From positions 32,001 to 96,000 of the forward strand of contig CAWJGT010000014.1 of NCBI GenBank assembly GCA_963842525.1: a stretch of DNA of 64,000 nt, given 5' to 3'. The notes beneath the pieces were generated by a model. That model searched no databases. It saw nothing but the letters and a program-made list of their open reading frames with translations, and was not told the DNA's origin. Source of the stretch: an uncultured Holophagales bacterium (GTDB lineage Bacteria > Acidobacteriota > Thermoanaerobaculia > Multivoradales > UBA5704). This document shows positions 39,351 through 50,890 of this stretch, piece after piece; positions within the stretch are counted from its first letter, which is position 1; every line of letters begins with the position of its first letter. A program made the position numbers and the translations under genes.

Positions 39351-39452
39351 CGTTAGATCCTGACATTCGTGGGCTCGCGCAAACCGCCTCAACGACGTCC
39401 CCCCTCTCCCGGTCGGAGGGAGGGCGATGGGAGAGGGGGACAGGGGGTGAGG

Positions 39453-40818
39453 CTACACAGCCATCGCGGCCCGGCTCGCGTAGCGCGGCACGGTGTGCAG
39501 GCGGCAGAGCTCCCGCACGCGGGCGATGACTCCTTCGCGGACCGCCCCGTCCAGCTCGTATTCGCGATCGCCCAGCGGACGGACGGCGGCGAGCACGCGG
39601 CGGACCAGGGCGGCACATTCCTCCATCTCCGGCGGCCCCATCTCACGCAGGGCCACGCTGTTGGTGCCCAGGCGCACGCCGCTGGTGATCACCTGGGCTC
39701 CGGGTATCCCCCGGAATGCGGTTCTTGTTGACCACGATATGGCACGCCTCCAACGCCCGCTCGGCCACGATGCCGGTCACCCCGGCGCTCCTGTGGACGT
39801 CCAGGATCACCAGGTGATTGTCCGTGCCGCCCGAGATCACCTCATACCCGTGGGCGGCGAAGCACAGCGCGAGCGCCTTGGCATCGTCCACGATCCGCCG
39901 CGCCAGACCGCGGAACTCCGGGGTGGTCAGCCGCGCCAGGGCCCGCGCCTTGGCGGCAATCACATTGAGCACGGGCGCCCCCTGGAAGAGCGGAAAGATC
40001 CCCTTCTGCATCGACTCGGCGAGCGTGCGGCCGAGCGCGCCGGGCGACGGCGCGTCCCAGTCCTTCCCCATCAGGATCAGGCCGCCCCGCGGGCCGTAGA
40101 GCTGCTTGTGCGTACAGGTGGTCGTGATGTGTGCATGATCGATCGGGCTGGGATGGAGCCCCGCCGCGACCAGCCCCGCAATATGCGTGATATCGGCGAG
40201 CAGCCACGCCCCGACCTCGTCGGCGATCTGCCGGAAGCGGGCGAAGTCGATGGTCCGCGGAAAGGCGGTCGTGCCGCAGATGATCAGCTTCGGCCGGTGC
40301 TCAAGGGCCAGCTCCCGCACCCGGTCGTAGTCGATGGCGCCGTCCGGGGTGACACCATACCCGACGGCATCGAAACAGCGGCCCGAGATCGAGACCTTGG
40401 CGCCGTGGGTCAGGTGCCCGCCCGCGCTCAGGTCCATGCCCAGCAGGGTGTCCCCCGGCCGCAGCAGGCTGAACATGACCACCTCGTTGGCAGTGGTCGC
40501 CGAATGGGCCTGCACATTGGCGTAGCGAGCGCCGAACGCGGCCTTGGCGCGGTCGATCGCCAAGCTCTCGATCTCGTCGATGACCTCGCAGCCGGCGTGG
40601 AACCGCGCACCCGGATACCCTTCCGCGGTCACATTGCCCGCCACCGTGGCAGTGCAGGCCAGGACGGACGGGTCCATCACACTGGAGGCCGCAACCAGGG
40701 TCAGGACCTCGCTCTGGCGCTGCAGCTCGCGCTCCAGCAGATCGGCCAGGAGCGGATCGTCCTGATACAGGAGATCGACCCCATTGGCGATGAAATCCCC
40801 CAGGCTCGTATCTCTCAT
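39453..40818 (-). CDS. Cluster-associated serine hydroxymethyltransferase-like PLP enzyme (GlyA paralog), frameshift near 39693
   Basis: AEGYPG, GGHLTHG, TCTHKQLYGPRGG, GGTDNHL, VNKNRIPGD, then TSGVRLGT in another frame. ATG overlaps the NRPS stop. Confidence 0.88.
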
Positions 40819-43800
40819 GGCCTCGCCTCCTCCAGAGGTTCTCCTTCGCGCTCCACCCGCTCCCGCTCCAACAGCATCCTCTGCACGTCGTCCTCCGACA
40901 GCTCGCTGAGCTGGAGGACCATGGCCGCGATCTCCTCCAGCTCGATCCCCTCGCTGCGACCGAGCGCCTCGGCCGTCGCCGCCACACCCGCCACCGTCGG
41001 GGCTTCGAGCAGGGCGCGCAGCGGCAGCTCGATCTGGAGCAGCGAGCGCAGCCGCGAGACCGCCTGGGTCGCGAGCAGCGAGTGCCCCCCCAGCTCGAAG
41101 AAGTTGTCCGTGGCCCCCACCTGCGGCGCCCCCAGGAGGTCGCTCCACACGCCGGCGATGACCGTCTCAATCGCCGTCCGCGGCGGCACGGGCTCGCGGG
41201 CGCCGGCCTGCACGGGCTCGGGATCCGGCAGGGCGCGGCGGTCCACCTTGCCGTTGGGCGACAGCGGCAGGGCGTTCAGGACAACCCAGGCCGTCGGGAC
41301 CATGGCCTCGGGCAGCCGGCCGCGCAGGAACGCCGCCAGATCGGAGGTCTCCACCGGCCGGCGCGGCACCACATAACCGACCAGCCGCGGCGCGCCGCCC
41401 GGCCCCGGCCGGGCCGTCACCACCGCCTCCTGCACCGCTTCGTGCTGCGCCAGGGCCGCGGTGATCTCCCCCAGCTCGATCCGTACGCCGCGCACTTTCA
41501 CCTGAAAATCGAGCCGCCCCAGCAGCTCGAGCTGGCCGTCCGGCCGCAGGCGCGCCAGGTCGCCCGTGCGATAGAGGCGGCTTCCCGGCTGGCCGCCAAA
41601 GAAACATCCAAAAGCATCGGGGACGAACTTCGAAGCCGTCAGGTCCGGCCGGCCGAAATAGCCGTGGCCGACGCCGATGCTGCCCAGCAGCAGCTCACCC
41701 GGAACGCCGACCGGCATCGGCTGCAGGAGCCGGTCGACCACATGCGCGCGCTGGTTGGCCATCGGCCGGCCGTAGGGGATGCTGCTCCACTCCGGCCGAA
41801 CTTCCTCCACGTTATAGATCGTGGAGTCCATCGAGACCTCGGTGGCACCGCCCAGGCTGATCACCGTGGCACCAGGCGCGAAGCGGCGAAGGCGGTCCGG
41901 CAGCGACAGCGGGATCCAGTCGCCGCCCAGCAAAACCAAGCGGAGATCGAGCCCCTCACTCCCTGCCCCATCCTTATTGTCCTTGACGTCCTTTGTGTCC
42001 TTTTGGCTCTCCAGATGCTGCACCAGCAGCTCCAGAAGCGCCGGCGCCGAGTGCCAGAGGGTGACCCGGTGCCGTTTCAGAAGCTCCGCCCAGCGCGCCG
42101 GATCGAGAGCGTCCGCGGCCCGCGGCAGCACGATCGCGGCGCCGGCCGCCAGGGTCCCGAAGACGTCGTAGGCGGTCATGTCGAAACCGAGCGAGGAAAC
42201 GGCCAGCAGCCGGTCGCCTGGCTCGACGTCGAAGCGCCGGTCGAAGTCCAGGAAGTTGTTGACCCGCCCGCGATGATCCAGCATGACCCCCTTGGGCGTG
42301 CCGGTCGATCCGGAGGTGTAGATCACATAGGCCGGGCTCTCCGGCATCGCCTGGGTCTCCAACGCGGTCGGTCCCTCCTGCCCCTCACTATTCAGAGTGT
42401 CGAGGCGGAGGACCGGCGCGCCATTCAAGAGCCCGCTTTTAAGCTTCGTTTGCGTGAGCAGTACAGCCGCCCGCGCGTCCTCTGCCATCAGAGCCAGCCG
42501 GGCCTGCGGATAGGCAGGGTCGAGTGGCACATAGGCGCCGCCAGCCTGCGCGATCCCTACCAGGCCGGCGACCATGTCCGTTGAACGCTCGACATTGATC
42601 CCTACCCGGTCGCCCGGCGTGACGCCCATCGAGCGCAGATGGCGGGCCAACTGGCTCGCCCGGTCCCGCAGCTCGCGGTAGGTCAGGCTCTCGTCCGCGG
42701 ACAGCACGGCCAGCGCCCCTGGGGCGCGCTCGGCCTGCTCCAGGAACAGGCTGTAGAGGGTGGCGTCCTCCGGGAAGTCGGTCCCCGTGTCGTTCCACTC
42801 GACACCGAGCTGATGCCGCTCCCCCGCCGACAGTAGCGGCAGCTCGGAGGCCGGCCGGTCCGGCTCGGCGAGAGCCGCGGTCAAAAGAGCCTCCCAATGG
42901 CCGAGCCAGCGATCGACCGTCGGCGCGTTCGAACAGGTCGGCGCTGTGCTCCACGCCGCCGCCCAGCCCTCCCTCGTTCTCGACCCCCATCAGGTCGAAA
43001 TCGAACTTGGCCGTGCCGCTGTGGAGATCGAGGGACGACAGCTCCAGGCCCGGCATGCGCAGCGGCGCAGCCGCCGGGGTGTTGTGCAGGGCGAACATGA
43101 CCTGGAAGAGCGGGTTGTGGCTGACGTCCCGCTCCGCGGTCGCGGCCTTGACCACCTCCTCGAACGGGAGGTCCTGGTGCCCGTAGGCGCCCAGCGTGAC
43201 CTCGCGCACCTGCTCCACCAATGCGCGGAAGCCGGGATCGCCCGCGAGATCGGCCCGCAGCACGAGCGTGTTGACGAAAAACCCGATCAGCCCCTCGATC
43301 TCGGCGCGGTTGCGGTTGGCGATCGGTGTGCCCACGGACAGGTCGGTCTGTCCGGTCAGGCGGTGGAGCAGCACGAAGAAGGCGGCGAGGCCGGTCATGA
43401 ACGGCGGCGCGCCCTGGCGCTGGCCGAGCTCACGGGCCGCGGACCACAGCCGCGGACCGATCCAGACCGGCCGGCGCCCGCCACGGAAGGTCGACACAGC
43501 CGACCGCCGCCGGTCCGCCGGAAGCTCCAGCACCGGCGGCGCGCCTGCCAGCCGCTTGCGCCACCAGGCGAGCTCGCGCTCCAGCGTCTCCCCCTGCAGC
43601 CGGCCGCGCTGCCAGACCGCAAAGTCGGCGTACTGGACCGGCAGCTCCGGCAGGCCGTGCCGCCGGCGCTCCCGGAAGGCCTCGTAGATCGTCGCGACCT
43701 CGCCGAAGAGCACGCCCACGGACCAGCCGTCCGCGGCGATATGGTGCAGGTTGACCAAGGCGATGTGCTCCTCAGGGCCGGTCCGCACGAGGGAGGCGCG

Positions 43801-45597
43801 GAAGAGAGTGTCCCGGGCCAGATCGAACGACCGCCCGGCCTCCTCCTGCGCCAGCCGCCGGACCTCGGCCTCCCGCGCCGCCTCCGGGACTTCCCGGAGA
43901 TCGATCACCGGCACCGCGAGATCGGGCGCGGCAACGATCACCTGGCGCGGCTGGCCCTCGGCCTCTGGAAACGTCGTACGGAGCGCCTCATGCCGGCGGA
44001 TGATCTCGCCGAGGGCCGCCCGGAAAGCCGGCACGTCGAGCGTGCCGCGCAGCCGCGCCGCGGCCGGGATGTTGTAGACCGGATTGCCCGGCTCCCACTG
44101 GTCCAGGAACCAGAGCCGCTGCTGCGCGAAGGACAGCGGCAGGTCGCCGTCGCGGGAAGCGCGCGGGATCGGCGGCGTCCCACCGTCCTTCTGCGCCGCC
44201 TTCTTGCGCAGCCGGAGCATCAACAGCGCCCGCTGCTCCGCCGTCAGCCCCGCCAGATCGCCTGGAGCCCCCTCCCCCGACCCCTCCCCCGCGCGGCCGC
44301 CACCCGCCACCCCGAGCGGGAGAGGGGCGCCACCATTCAACCCTCTCTCCTTCCCCCTCTCCCGTTCGGGGTGGCGGGCCGGGGGACGCACGGGAGAGGG
44401 GGCCAGGGGGTGAGGGCTCCGCCGGTCCGTCCGCTCCAGGATCGCCTCGAAAGGCTCCACGCCGAGGCCGACGACGAACCGGTGGGCCGCCTCGCGCGCC
44501 GCGGCCGACTGCCGGGCATAGAGGCCGGGATCACCGAGCAGCCGCGAGAGCGCCTCGCGCCAGGGGCCGATGTCCTGCGCCGGCACGACCGGCTCGGTGA
44601 CCTCGTTGGCATCCTGCCGATCGGTAAACTCCTCGATCGGGCGGACCGGTAGCACGAAGTCGGTCCCCAGCTTCGCCTCGGGCAGACCGCCGACGTCGCT
44701 CGCCAGCACCGGAATCCCCCGCAGCATCGCCTCGACGGCGGTGACGCCGAAAGCCTCCTGCCAGAGCGAGGGCATCAGCAGGACCCGGGTGCGCGCATAG
44801 ATCCGATCCACGTCATCAGCGGGCTCGAGCAGCGTGACGTTGGGCAGGGCTTCGAGCGCCTCCCGGTCCGGAGGCGTCGTCCCCCACGTCGGCACCGCCG
44901 CGAAGCGCACCCCTGGGAGGCTGCGAGCCAGCTCCAGGAAGATCGGCAGCCCCTTCACCGCGCAGGGATTGATCAGGGTGACGAAGCCGTCCGCATTGTC
45001 CTGCCCGAAGTCGGGAAACGGCCCGGAGCCGTAGATCGGAAAAGGAAAGACCTCGGCCTCCATCCCTCCCCACTGCCGGATGTAGCCGGCCACGAACCGG
45101 CTGACCGCCACGATCCGGTCCACCTGGCCGAGCATCCGGCTCCGCCGCTCGCTGGGATAGAACGCCTGCGGCCCGAACGGCAGGAAAGCCGGCGTATGGG
45201 AGAGATAGACGACCGGAGCGAGCTGCGCCTTGAGCGCCGCATCCAGCAGGTTCTGCGACGGGTCCTCCGATGACACCAGCACCCGGTCCGGCGCGAAGCT
45301 CCGGAGCCGCTCGACCAGCTCGGTCCGCAACCGCGCAGGGTCGGCCACCGCATGGACCTCGACGCCGCCGGAGCGGAACACATCGACGCCCTCACCCCGC
45401 TCCACTGCAATCCCCCGGGCCTCCAGCTTCGCAAGCACTTCCTCGCGTGTCCACCGGGACGGCACGGCCAGAGCCGGCACCACGGCCCGCACCACGTGAC
45501 CGCGTGCCGCAAGCCCCTCAGCCAACGCCCGGTTGCACTTGTTCGCCCCTCCTACAGCGGGGAACCACGGCAGATTCATGGTGAACAGGATCTTCAT
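40815..45597 (-). CDS. Glycosyltransferase (GT4-like)-C-A-T NRPS fusion, one frameshift at ~42928
   Basis: GT-B motif PSLWQEAFG..AVEAM..GIPVLASDVGGLPE; C domain HHIAADGWS; A domain YTSGSTGTPKG and LYRTGDL; PCP FFELGGHSL. Removing one base at 42928 gives EHSADLFDAPTVDRWLGHW and joins the two track ORFs. Confidence 0.85.
44264..44420. repeat. Class A REP element in frame within the GT-C linker
   Basis: Terminal inverted repeats and two internal hairpins; translated as SPHPLAPSPV...GEGSGEGA. Confidence 0.8.
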
Positions 45598-45806
45598 CGT
45601 TGCGGTCTCGGTGCGGACTTCCCTGCGGAGCGGGACACCAGGGTGTCCCGTCCGGTGCGGGGAGAGGCCGTCCCCCCGGCGGAGTGGGCGAAACAGAGTA
45701 CCACGGTCGTGCCGCGGATTGGCTGGGGGTCAGGATGGAGCCGACAGGTCTTCAGGGCCGGGTTCGATCGATAGGAAGTGCACCCGGCCGGACTCATCCC
45801 CGACGA

Positions 45807-47300
45807 TTAGCCTTCCAGTCTCCGGGGAATAGGCCACCGAGCGCGGAGGTACCGAAGCGTCCCATCGGACGAGCCGGATACGATGCAACGGCAGTTCACC
45901 AACGCCACCGCGCTGACCCCACCGGTGTGCCCTTCGAGGATGCCGAGAGTCTCGCCGCTTTCAAGGTCCCATAACCGAAGCGTCTTGTCAGACGAGGCGG
46001 ACACCGCGCGACGGCCGTCTACCATCGCCACCGCGTTGACTCCAGCGGTGTGCCCTTCCAGAATGCGCAGGAGCTCGCCGCTTTCAAAGTCCCACAACCG
46101 CAGCGTCCTGGCCGAGACGGATACCGCTCGACGGTCGTCTACAACCGCCACCGCGCGGACCCCAAAGGTGTGTCCTTCCAGAGTGCGCAGGACCCTGCCG
46201 CTTTCCAAGTCCCATAACCGGAGCGTGCTGTCGTCCGAGACGGACACCACGCGACGATCGTCCACCACCGCCACCGCTCTGACCCAACTGGTGTGCCCTT
46301 CGAGGCTGCGCAGAGTCTCACCGCTTTCTAGGTCCCACACTCGAAGTGTCTGGTCGGACGAGGCAGACACCACACGGCGGCCGTCCACCACCGCCACTGC
46401 ATTGACCCAAGCCGTGTGCCCTTCAAAAGTGCGGATCAGGGGGCCTCCCGGGGGTGTCAGGTTTGCGTGTTTCGGCTGCAGCCAGATTCCGTGATTCCCA
46501 TCCCGAGATCTCCGTAGCAGTCTCTGAATCCCAGGCTCCTCCCGGTCCAGAAGCCGGCCGAGCAGCTGAGGAGCGAGCTGCGGTTTATCTCTCGCCAGGA
46601 CATGTGCCGAGAGCCGGAGGGCTCCCTCGACCAGCCGCAGCTCTTTGTCCTCCTCGCCCCGGAACCAGGAGTAGTCCGCGAGTATTTTCACTACACCGCC
46701 TCCAGATCGTCGTGAATCTCCTGGAGCGCCTGCGTCAGGGAGACCCCATCTTCCTCCACCAGCTCGCGGAGCTGTCGGTTCACGATCTTGAGAAGCAAGG
46801 GCCACTCGCCGAGCCGAGCAGCAAGGACGTTGAAGCTGGCCATATTGCCGTCCGCCAAGCCTGTGCCGAGGAGGGCTACTGCCTCAGAGCTGGCCATGGC
46901 ATCGACCTCGATGGAGATGCGGTCCGGCGGCAGAGTGCGGCTGTCCCGAGTGGTCACGAGCAGGGCAAAGCCGGAGCCGATCCCTCGGAAAGGCTCGATG
47001 TCCTCGGGCCGCCAGACATCGTCGACCACGAGAAGAGCTCGATTATCGGTCAGCACCTCGCGGAGCTTGGCGCCCGCAGTTGTCGCGGTCTCGAAGGCGG
47101 GCGGCTCTTCGTTGCGGCCCGGGTGGCACCCCTGAATCCCGCAGAGAAGGCGGTGGAAGGCATCAGCATCCTTCAGGCCAGACCGGAAGTCCACCCAGAT
47201 GAGACGGCGCAGGAAGCGGGGAAGCTCCGGCTTGTCAGGCTGGCGTGATCCAGGAAGGAGCACCGGAATGACGCGGAAATCCCCGTTGCTTACCCGCTCG
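45807..47300 (-). pseudogene. Degenerate TIR-like/NB-ARC/WD40 (NLR/STAND-like) gene
   Basis: VIPVLLPG...WVDFR (TIR-like tail); LLVVDDVW, LLVTTRD and GEWPLLL (NB-ARC without Walker A); LRLSAHVL...QLLGRL; five WD40 repeats LEGHT..V.AVAVVD.RR.VS.S.D.TLRLWDLESG. Internal deletions and frame breaks present. Confidence 0.8.
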
Positions 47301-47304
47301 TCAA

Positions 47305-47665
47305 GCGCTCGTGCGCGGGCCGCACGGGGTCCAGCGGCTGCCACACGGGGTCGTGCGGCGGCGGCACGGGCTCGTGCGCGGGCTGCACGGGGTCGGGCGG
47401 CGGCGGCACGGGGTCGGGCGCGAGCCGCGCGGGGTCGGGCGGCTGCGGCACGAGGTCGAGCGGCAGCCACACGGGGTCGGGCCGCAGCCGCACGAGGTCG
47501 GGCCGCAGCCGCACGGGGTCGGGCGGCAGCCGCAGGGGGTCGTGCGCGGGCCACACGAGGTCGGGCGGCTGCCACACGAGGTCGGGCGGCAGCGGCACGA
47601 GCCCGTGCGGCTGCCGCTGGAGGTCGTGCGCGAGCGGCACGAGGCCCGGCAGCGGCCGCGCGAGG
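47305..47665. repeat. 21-bp tandem repeat array (about 17 units, consensus GCACGRGGTCGGGCGGCAGCC)
   Basis: CACG at 47323, 47344, 47365, 47386, 47407, 47449, 47470, 47491, 47512, 47554, 47575, 47596 and 47638. Confidence 0.9.
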
Positions 47666-48024
47666 ACGCGTTCCTGGCACTGGCTCCCCTGCGGCTCGCA
47701 CGACATGGCCTCGTTCTCCTCAGCAAGCCTGCCGATGTGCATATTCTCCAGGATTCACATCCAGACGTCAACCAGATCTCTAGACATCCTCTGCCATGTC
47801 CAGTAAGCTACAGCATATCGAGCCGAGGCCGACACACTGTTTTGTCGCTCGGGCCAAGCTCTTTGACAATTGAAGCAAACGATAGAAACGGTTCGGGCCG
47901 TGGCCCGCCCAAGCCAGGCCCGAGCTTTTTTTAGCACCGCGGCCGGACACCGTCTTTCGACCTTGGGTCAGAAGTGCGTCTACCGCACCCCTCGGGCTCC
48001 GGCGTTCTGTGTACAATCCGGTGT

Positions 48025-48240
48025 ATGGTCAGGAGCTACACGGCGAAGTACTCGAAGATTGACTCCGGCTATCTGGGGCAGCTCATTGAGTGGCCAGAGG
48101 TGGTCACCGAGGGCGGCGACATCGAAGAGTGCCGCTCGATGCTGCAGGACGCCCTCCGCGAGATGGTCCTGGCATAGCAGCAGCAAGACAAGCAGATCCC
48201 CCTGGTCAAAGATCTCCTCGAGCAGGTATCCGTGGGCTGA
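48025..48240 (+). pseudogene. HicB-like antitoxin with a premature TAG at 48175
   Basis: YTAKY...GYLGQLIEWPEVVTEG..IEECRSMLQDALREMVLA*QQQDKQIP; the frame continues to TGA at 48240. Confidence 0.7.
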
Positions 48241-48269
48241 CGCCGAAATTCTGAGATCTCCAGGTCACC

Positions 48270-50682
48270 TTGCGAGAGATCCGACAAGCCATCCGCCGGC
48301 TCGTCCGTACCCCTGGGCTGGCGGTCGCCGCGATCCTCTGCGCCGCGCTGGGCGTCGGCGCCGTAGGAGCGAGCTTTTCGCTCGTCGAATCCGTCCTGCT
48401 GCGTCCCCTCCCCTATCCAGAGGCCGGACGCCTGGTGATGGTGTGGGAGCGGGCTCTCGACGGCTCCGCCGAGCAGATCGTCTGCTCCTGGGCCAATTTC
48501 CTCGACTGGCGGGAGCGGAGCCGGAGCTTCGACAGGTTCGCCGCCTTCAACGTCTGGTTCCCGAGCGTGACCGGGACCGACCGCCCCGAGCGCCTGCTCG
48601 GTGCCGAGGCTACTCCGGAATTCTTCTCCGTCCTGGGCGCCAAGCCTGCCCTCGGCCGGCTGTTCCACTCCGAGGAGGGGCAGCCAGGGCGCAATGCCGT
48701 GGTGGTGCTCGGCTACGGCCTCTGGCACAGACGGTTCGGCGGTGACCCACAGGTGCTCGGACGGCGGATCGAGCTGGATGGTGCTCCGTACAGCGTCGTC
48801 GGAGTGCTGTCTCCGGGCTTCCGGCACCCCGAGCCGCTCTACTTCGACGAAACCACGGAGCTCTGGAAGCCGCTGGCCATCGAGGCCGGCACGGTGCCCC
48901 GCAGCAGCCGCTTCCTGCGCACGATCGGCCGCCTCGCGCCGGGGGTCGCACTGGACGCGGCGCAGGCCGAGATGGATGGGACCGCACGGCAGCTCGAGCG
49001 GGAGCACCCGTCCGACAACGAAGGGCTCGGCGTGCGGCTCGTCCCCCTCCACGAGCAGGTGGTGGGCGAGGTCCGGCCCGTCCTGCGGCTCGCCTTCGCG
49101 GCGTCGTTCCTGGTCCTGCTCATCGCCTGCGCCAACATCTCGGGCCTGCTGTTGGCTGCTGCCATCGGCCGCTCGCGGGAGACCGCGGTGCGCGCCGCCC
49201 TCGGCGCCGGCCGTGGACGCCTCGCGGTCCCGCTCCTTCTCGACGCCCTGCTGTTGACGCTGGCGGGCGGTGCGGCAGGGCTGGCGGTCGCGTCTCCGGC
49301 GATGCGCCTGCTCCTGGCCCGGAGCCCCAAAGCCTTTCCGCGCGCCGAGGAGGTCGGGATCGACGGCCGCGTCCTCGCCATGGCGTTGGGAGCATGCCTC
49401 CTCGCGGCCGTGCTCGCGGCCCTGGCGCCGGCCCTGCGCGCGGTCGCGCAGCCGGCCGGCCGAGGTCCTCCAGGAGGGGAGCCCCGGCGCGGGGAGCGCG
49501 CGCGGCGGACGGCTGCTGGCCCTGCTGGTGGTCCTGGAGACCGCGCTCGCCCTGCCGCTCCTCGCCGGAACGGGCCTGCTGGCAAAGAGCCTCGCCGGGC
49601 TGTCCCAGGTCCCCCTCGGGTTCGCGGCGGAGGACGTGCTGACGCTGCGCCTGGAGCTGCCGGCCGGGACCTATCCGGAGGCGGCGGATCGGCGGGCCTT
49701 CGCCGAGCGCCTCCTGGAACGGGTCGCCGCGCTGCAAGGCGTCCGGTCAGCCGGGCTCACCTCGACTCTTCCCCTCTCGGGGCTCTATGACATCAGCCGC
49801 GAGGCCATCCTCGATCCGCCGCCGCCCCAAGGGCCGGCTTCGATGCAGGCGGGATACCGGTCCGTCAGCCCCGGCTATTTTCAGGCTTTGGGCATCCCCG
49901 TCCTGGCCGGACGGCCCTTCGGCTCGGGGGACGGTCCCGAAGCGTTCGACGTGGCGCTGGTCAACCGGGCCTTTGCCAAGGCCGCCTGGGGTGACGCGAG
50001 CCCGCTCGGCCGAAAGGTAGTGCTGCGGAGCACGTCCGGCGACGTGACCCGGGAGGTCGTAGGCCTGGTCGGCGACGTGCGCCACGAAGGTCCGGCCGTG
50101 GAGCCGAAGCCGGAGATCTTCGTGCCGCAGTCCCAGAGCCCGACCCGCTTCGCGGCGTTGGTGGTGCGGGCCGAGGGGAGGACCGAGGCTCTGGCCGGCG
50201 CGCTCCGGAATGCGGTCCGCGAGATCGATCCGGATCTGCCGGCCGAGATTCGACCGATGGCCGAGCTGACGCACGGCGCCACAGCAGGGCCGCGCTTTCA
50301 GCTTCTGGTCGCCGGTCTACTCGGCACGGCCGCCGTGATCCTGGTGGCCGCGGGGATCGGCGGCGTAACCGCCTATTCGACGGCGCGGCGGACCCGCGAG
50401 ATCGGCATCCGCATGGCGCTCGGCGCCGGGCGGCGCGAGATCCTCCTCCTGGTGCTCCGCCGTGCTCTCGGGCTGACGCTGGCCGGCACGGTGCTCGGTC
50501 TGGCCGGCGCCCGGATCCTCACCCGCGGCATCGCCGGAATGCTTTTCGGGGTCGAGCCGGCCGACCCGGCAATGCTGGCCGCCGCGGCCCTGCTCCTCCT
50601 GCTGGTCGGTCTGGCCGCCGGCTGGCTCCCGGCCCGCCGCGCCCTAGGGGTCGATCCCGCCTCGGCACTGCGGTCGGAGTGA
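48270..50682 (+). CDS. ADOP-type ABC permease, frameshift near 49445
   Basis: LLRPLPYPEAGRLV, VLLIACANI and ETAVRAALGAGR. The second half (EIGIRMALGA, WLPARRA..VDP..ALRSE) is in another frame. Confidence 0.85.
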
Positions 50683-50683
50683 G

Positions 50684-50887
50684 GCCTCACCCCCTGTCCC
50701 CCTCTCCCATCGCCCTCCCACCAACCGGGAGAGGGGGGACGTAGCTCGGGCTTGCAGGCGAGGTCGAGGCTTTTTCATGAGGGAGCCCCTGAGGAGCTCC
50801 GGCAAGCTACCTCCTCAGAGCAGCAACCACGTCCCCCCTCTCCCGGGGGAAGGGAGGGAGATGGGAGAGGGGGACAGGGGGTGAGGA
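50684..50887. repeat. Class A REP element (two hairpin halves)
   Basis: CCTCACCCCCTGTCCCCCTCTCCC ... GGGAGAGGGGGACAGGGGGTGAGG between convergent genes. Confidence 0.85.
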
Positions 50888-50890
50888 CAC

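Noticed and set aside
47290-47934. Long ORFs in several frames over the 21-bp array
   Set aside because: The frames are open only because the GC-rich unit lacks stops; there is no convincing start or RBS.
47760-48020. Possible ncRNA or promoter (TTGACA, hairpin with T-run)
   Set aside because: The -35/-10 spacing is non-canonical and no RNA family is recognisable; cannot be supported without a covariance search.
48175-48177. TAG read-through or recoding in the HicB-like gene
   Set aside because: TAG terminates other genes in the window normally and no pyrrolysine machinery is visible; a nonsense mutation is simpler.
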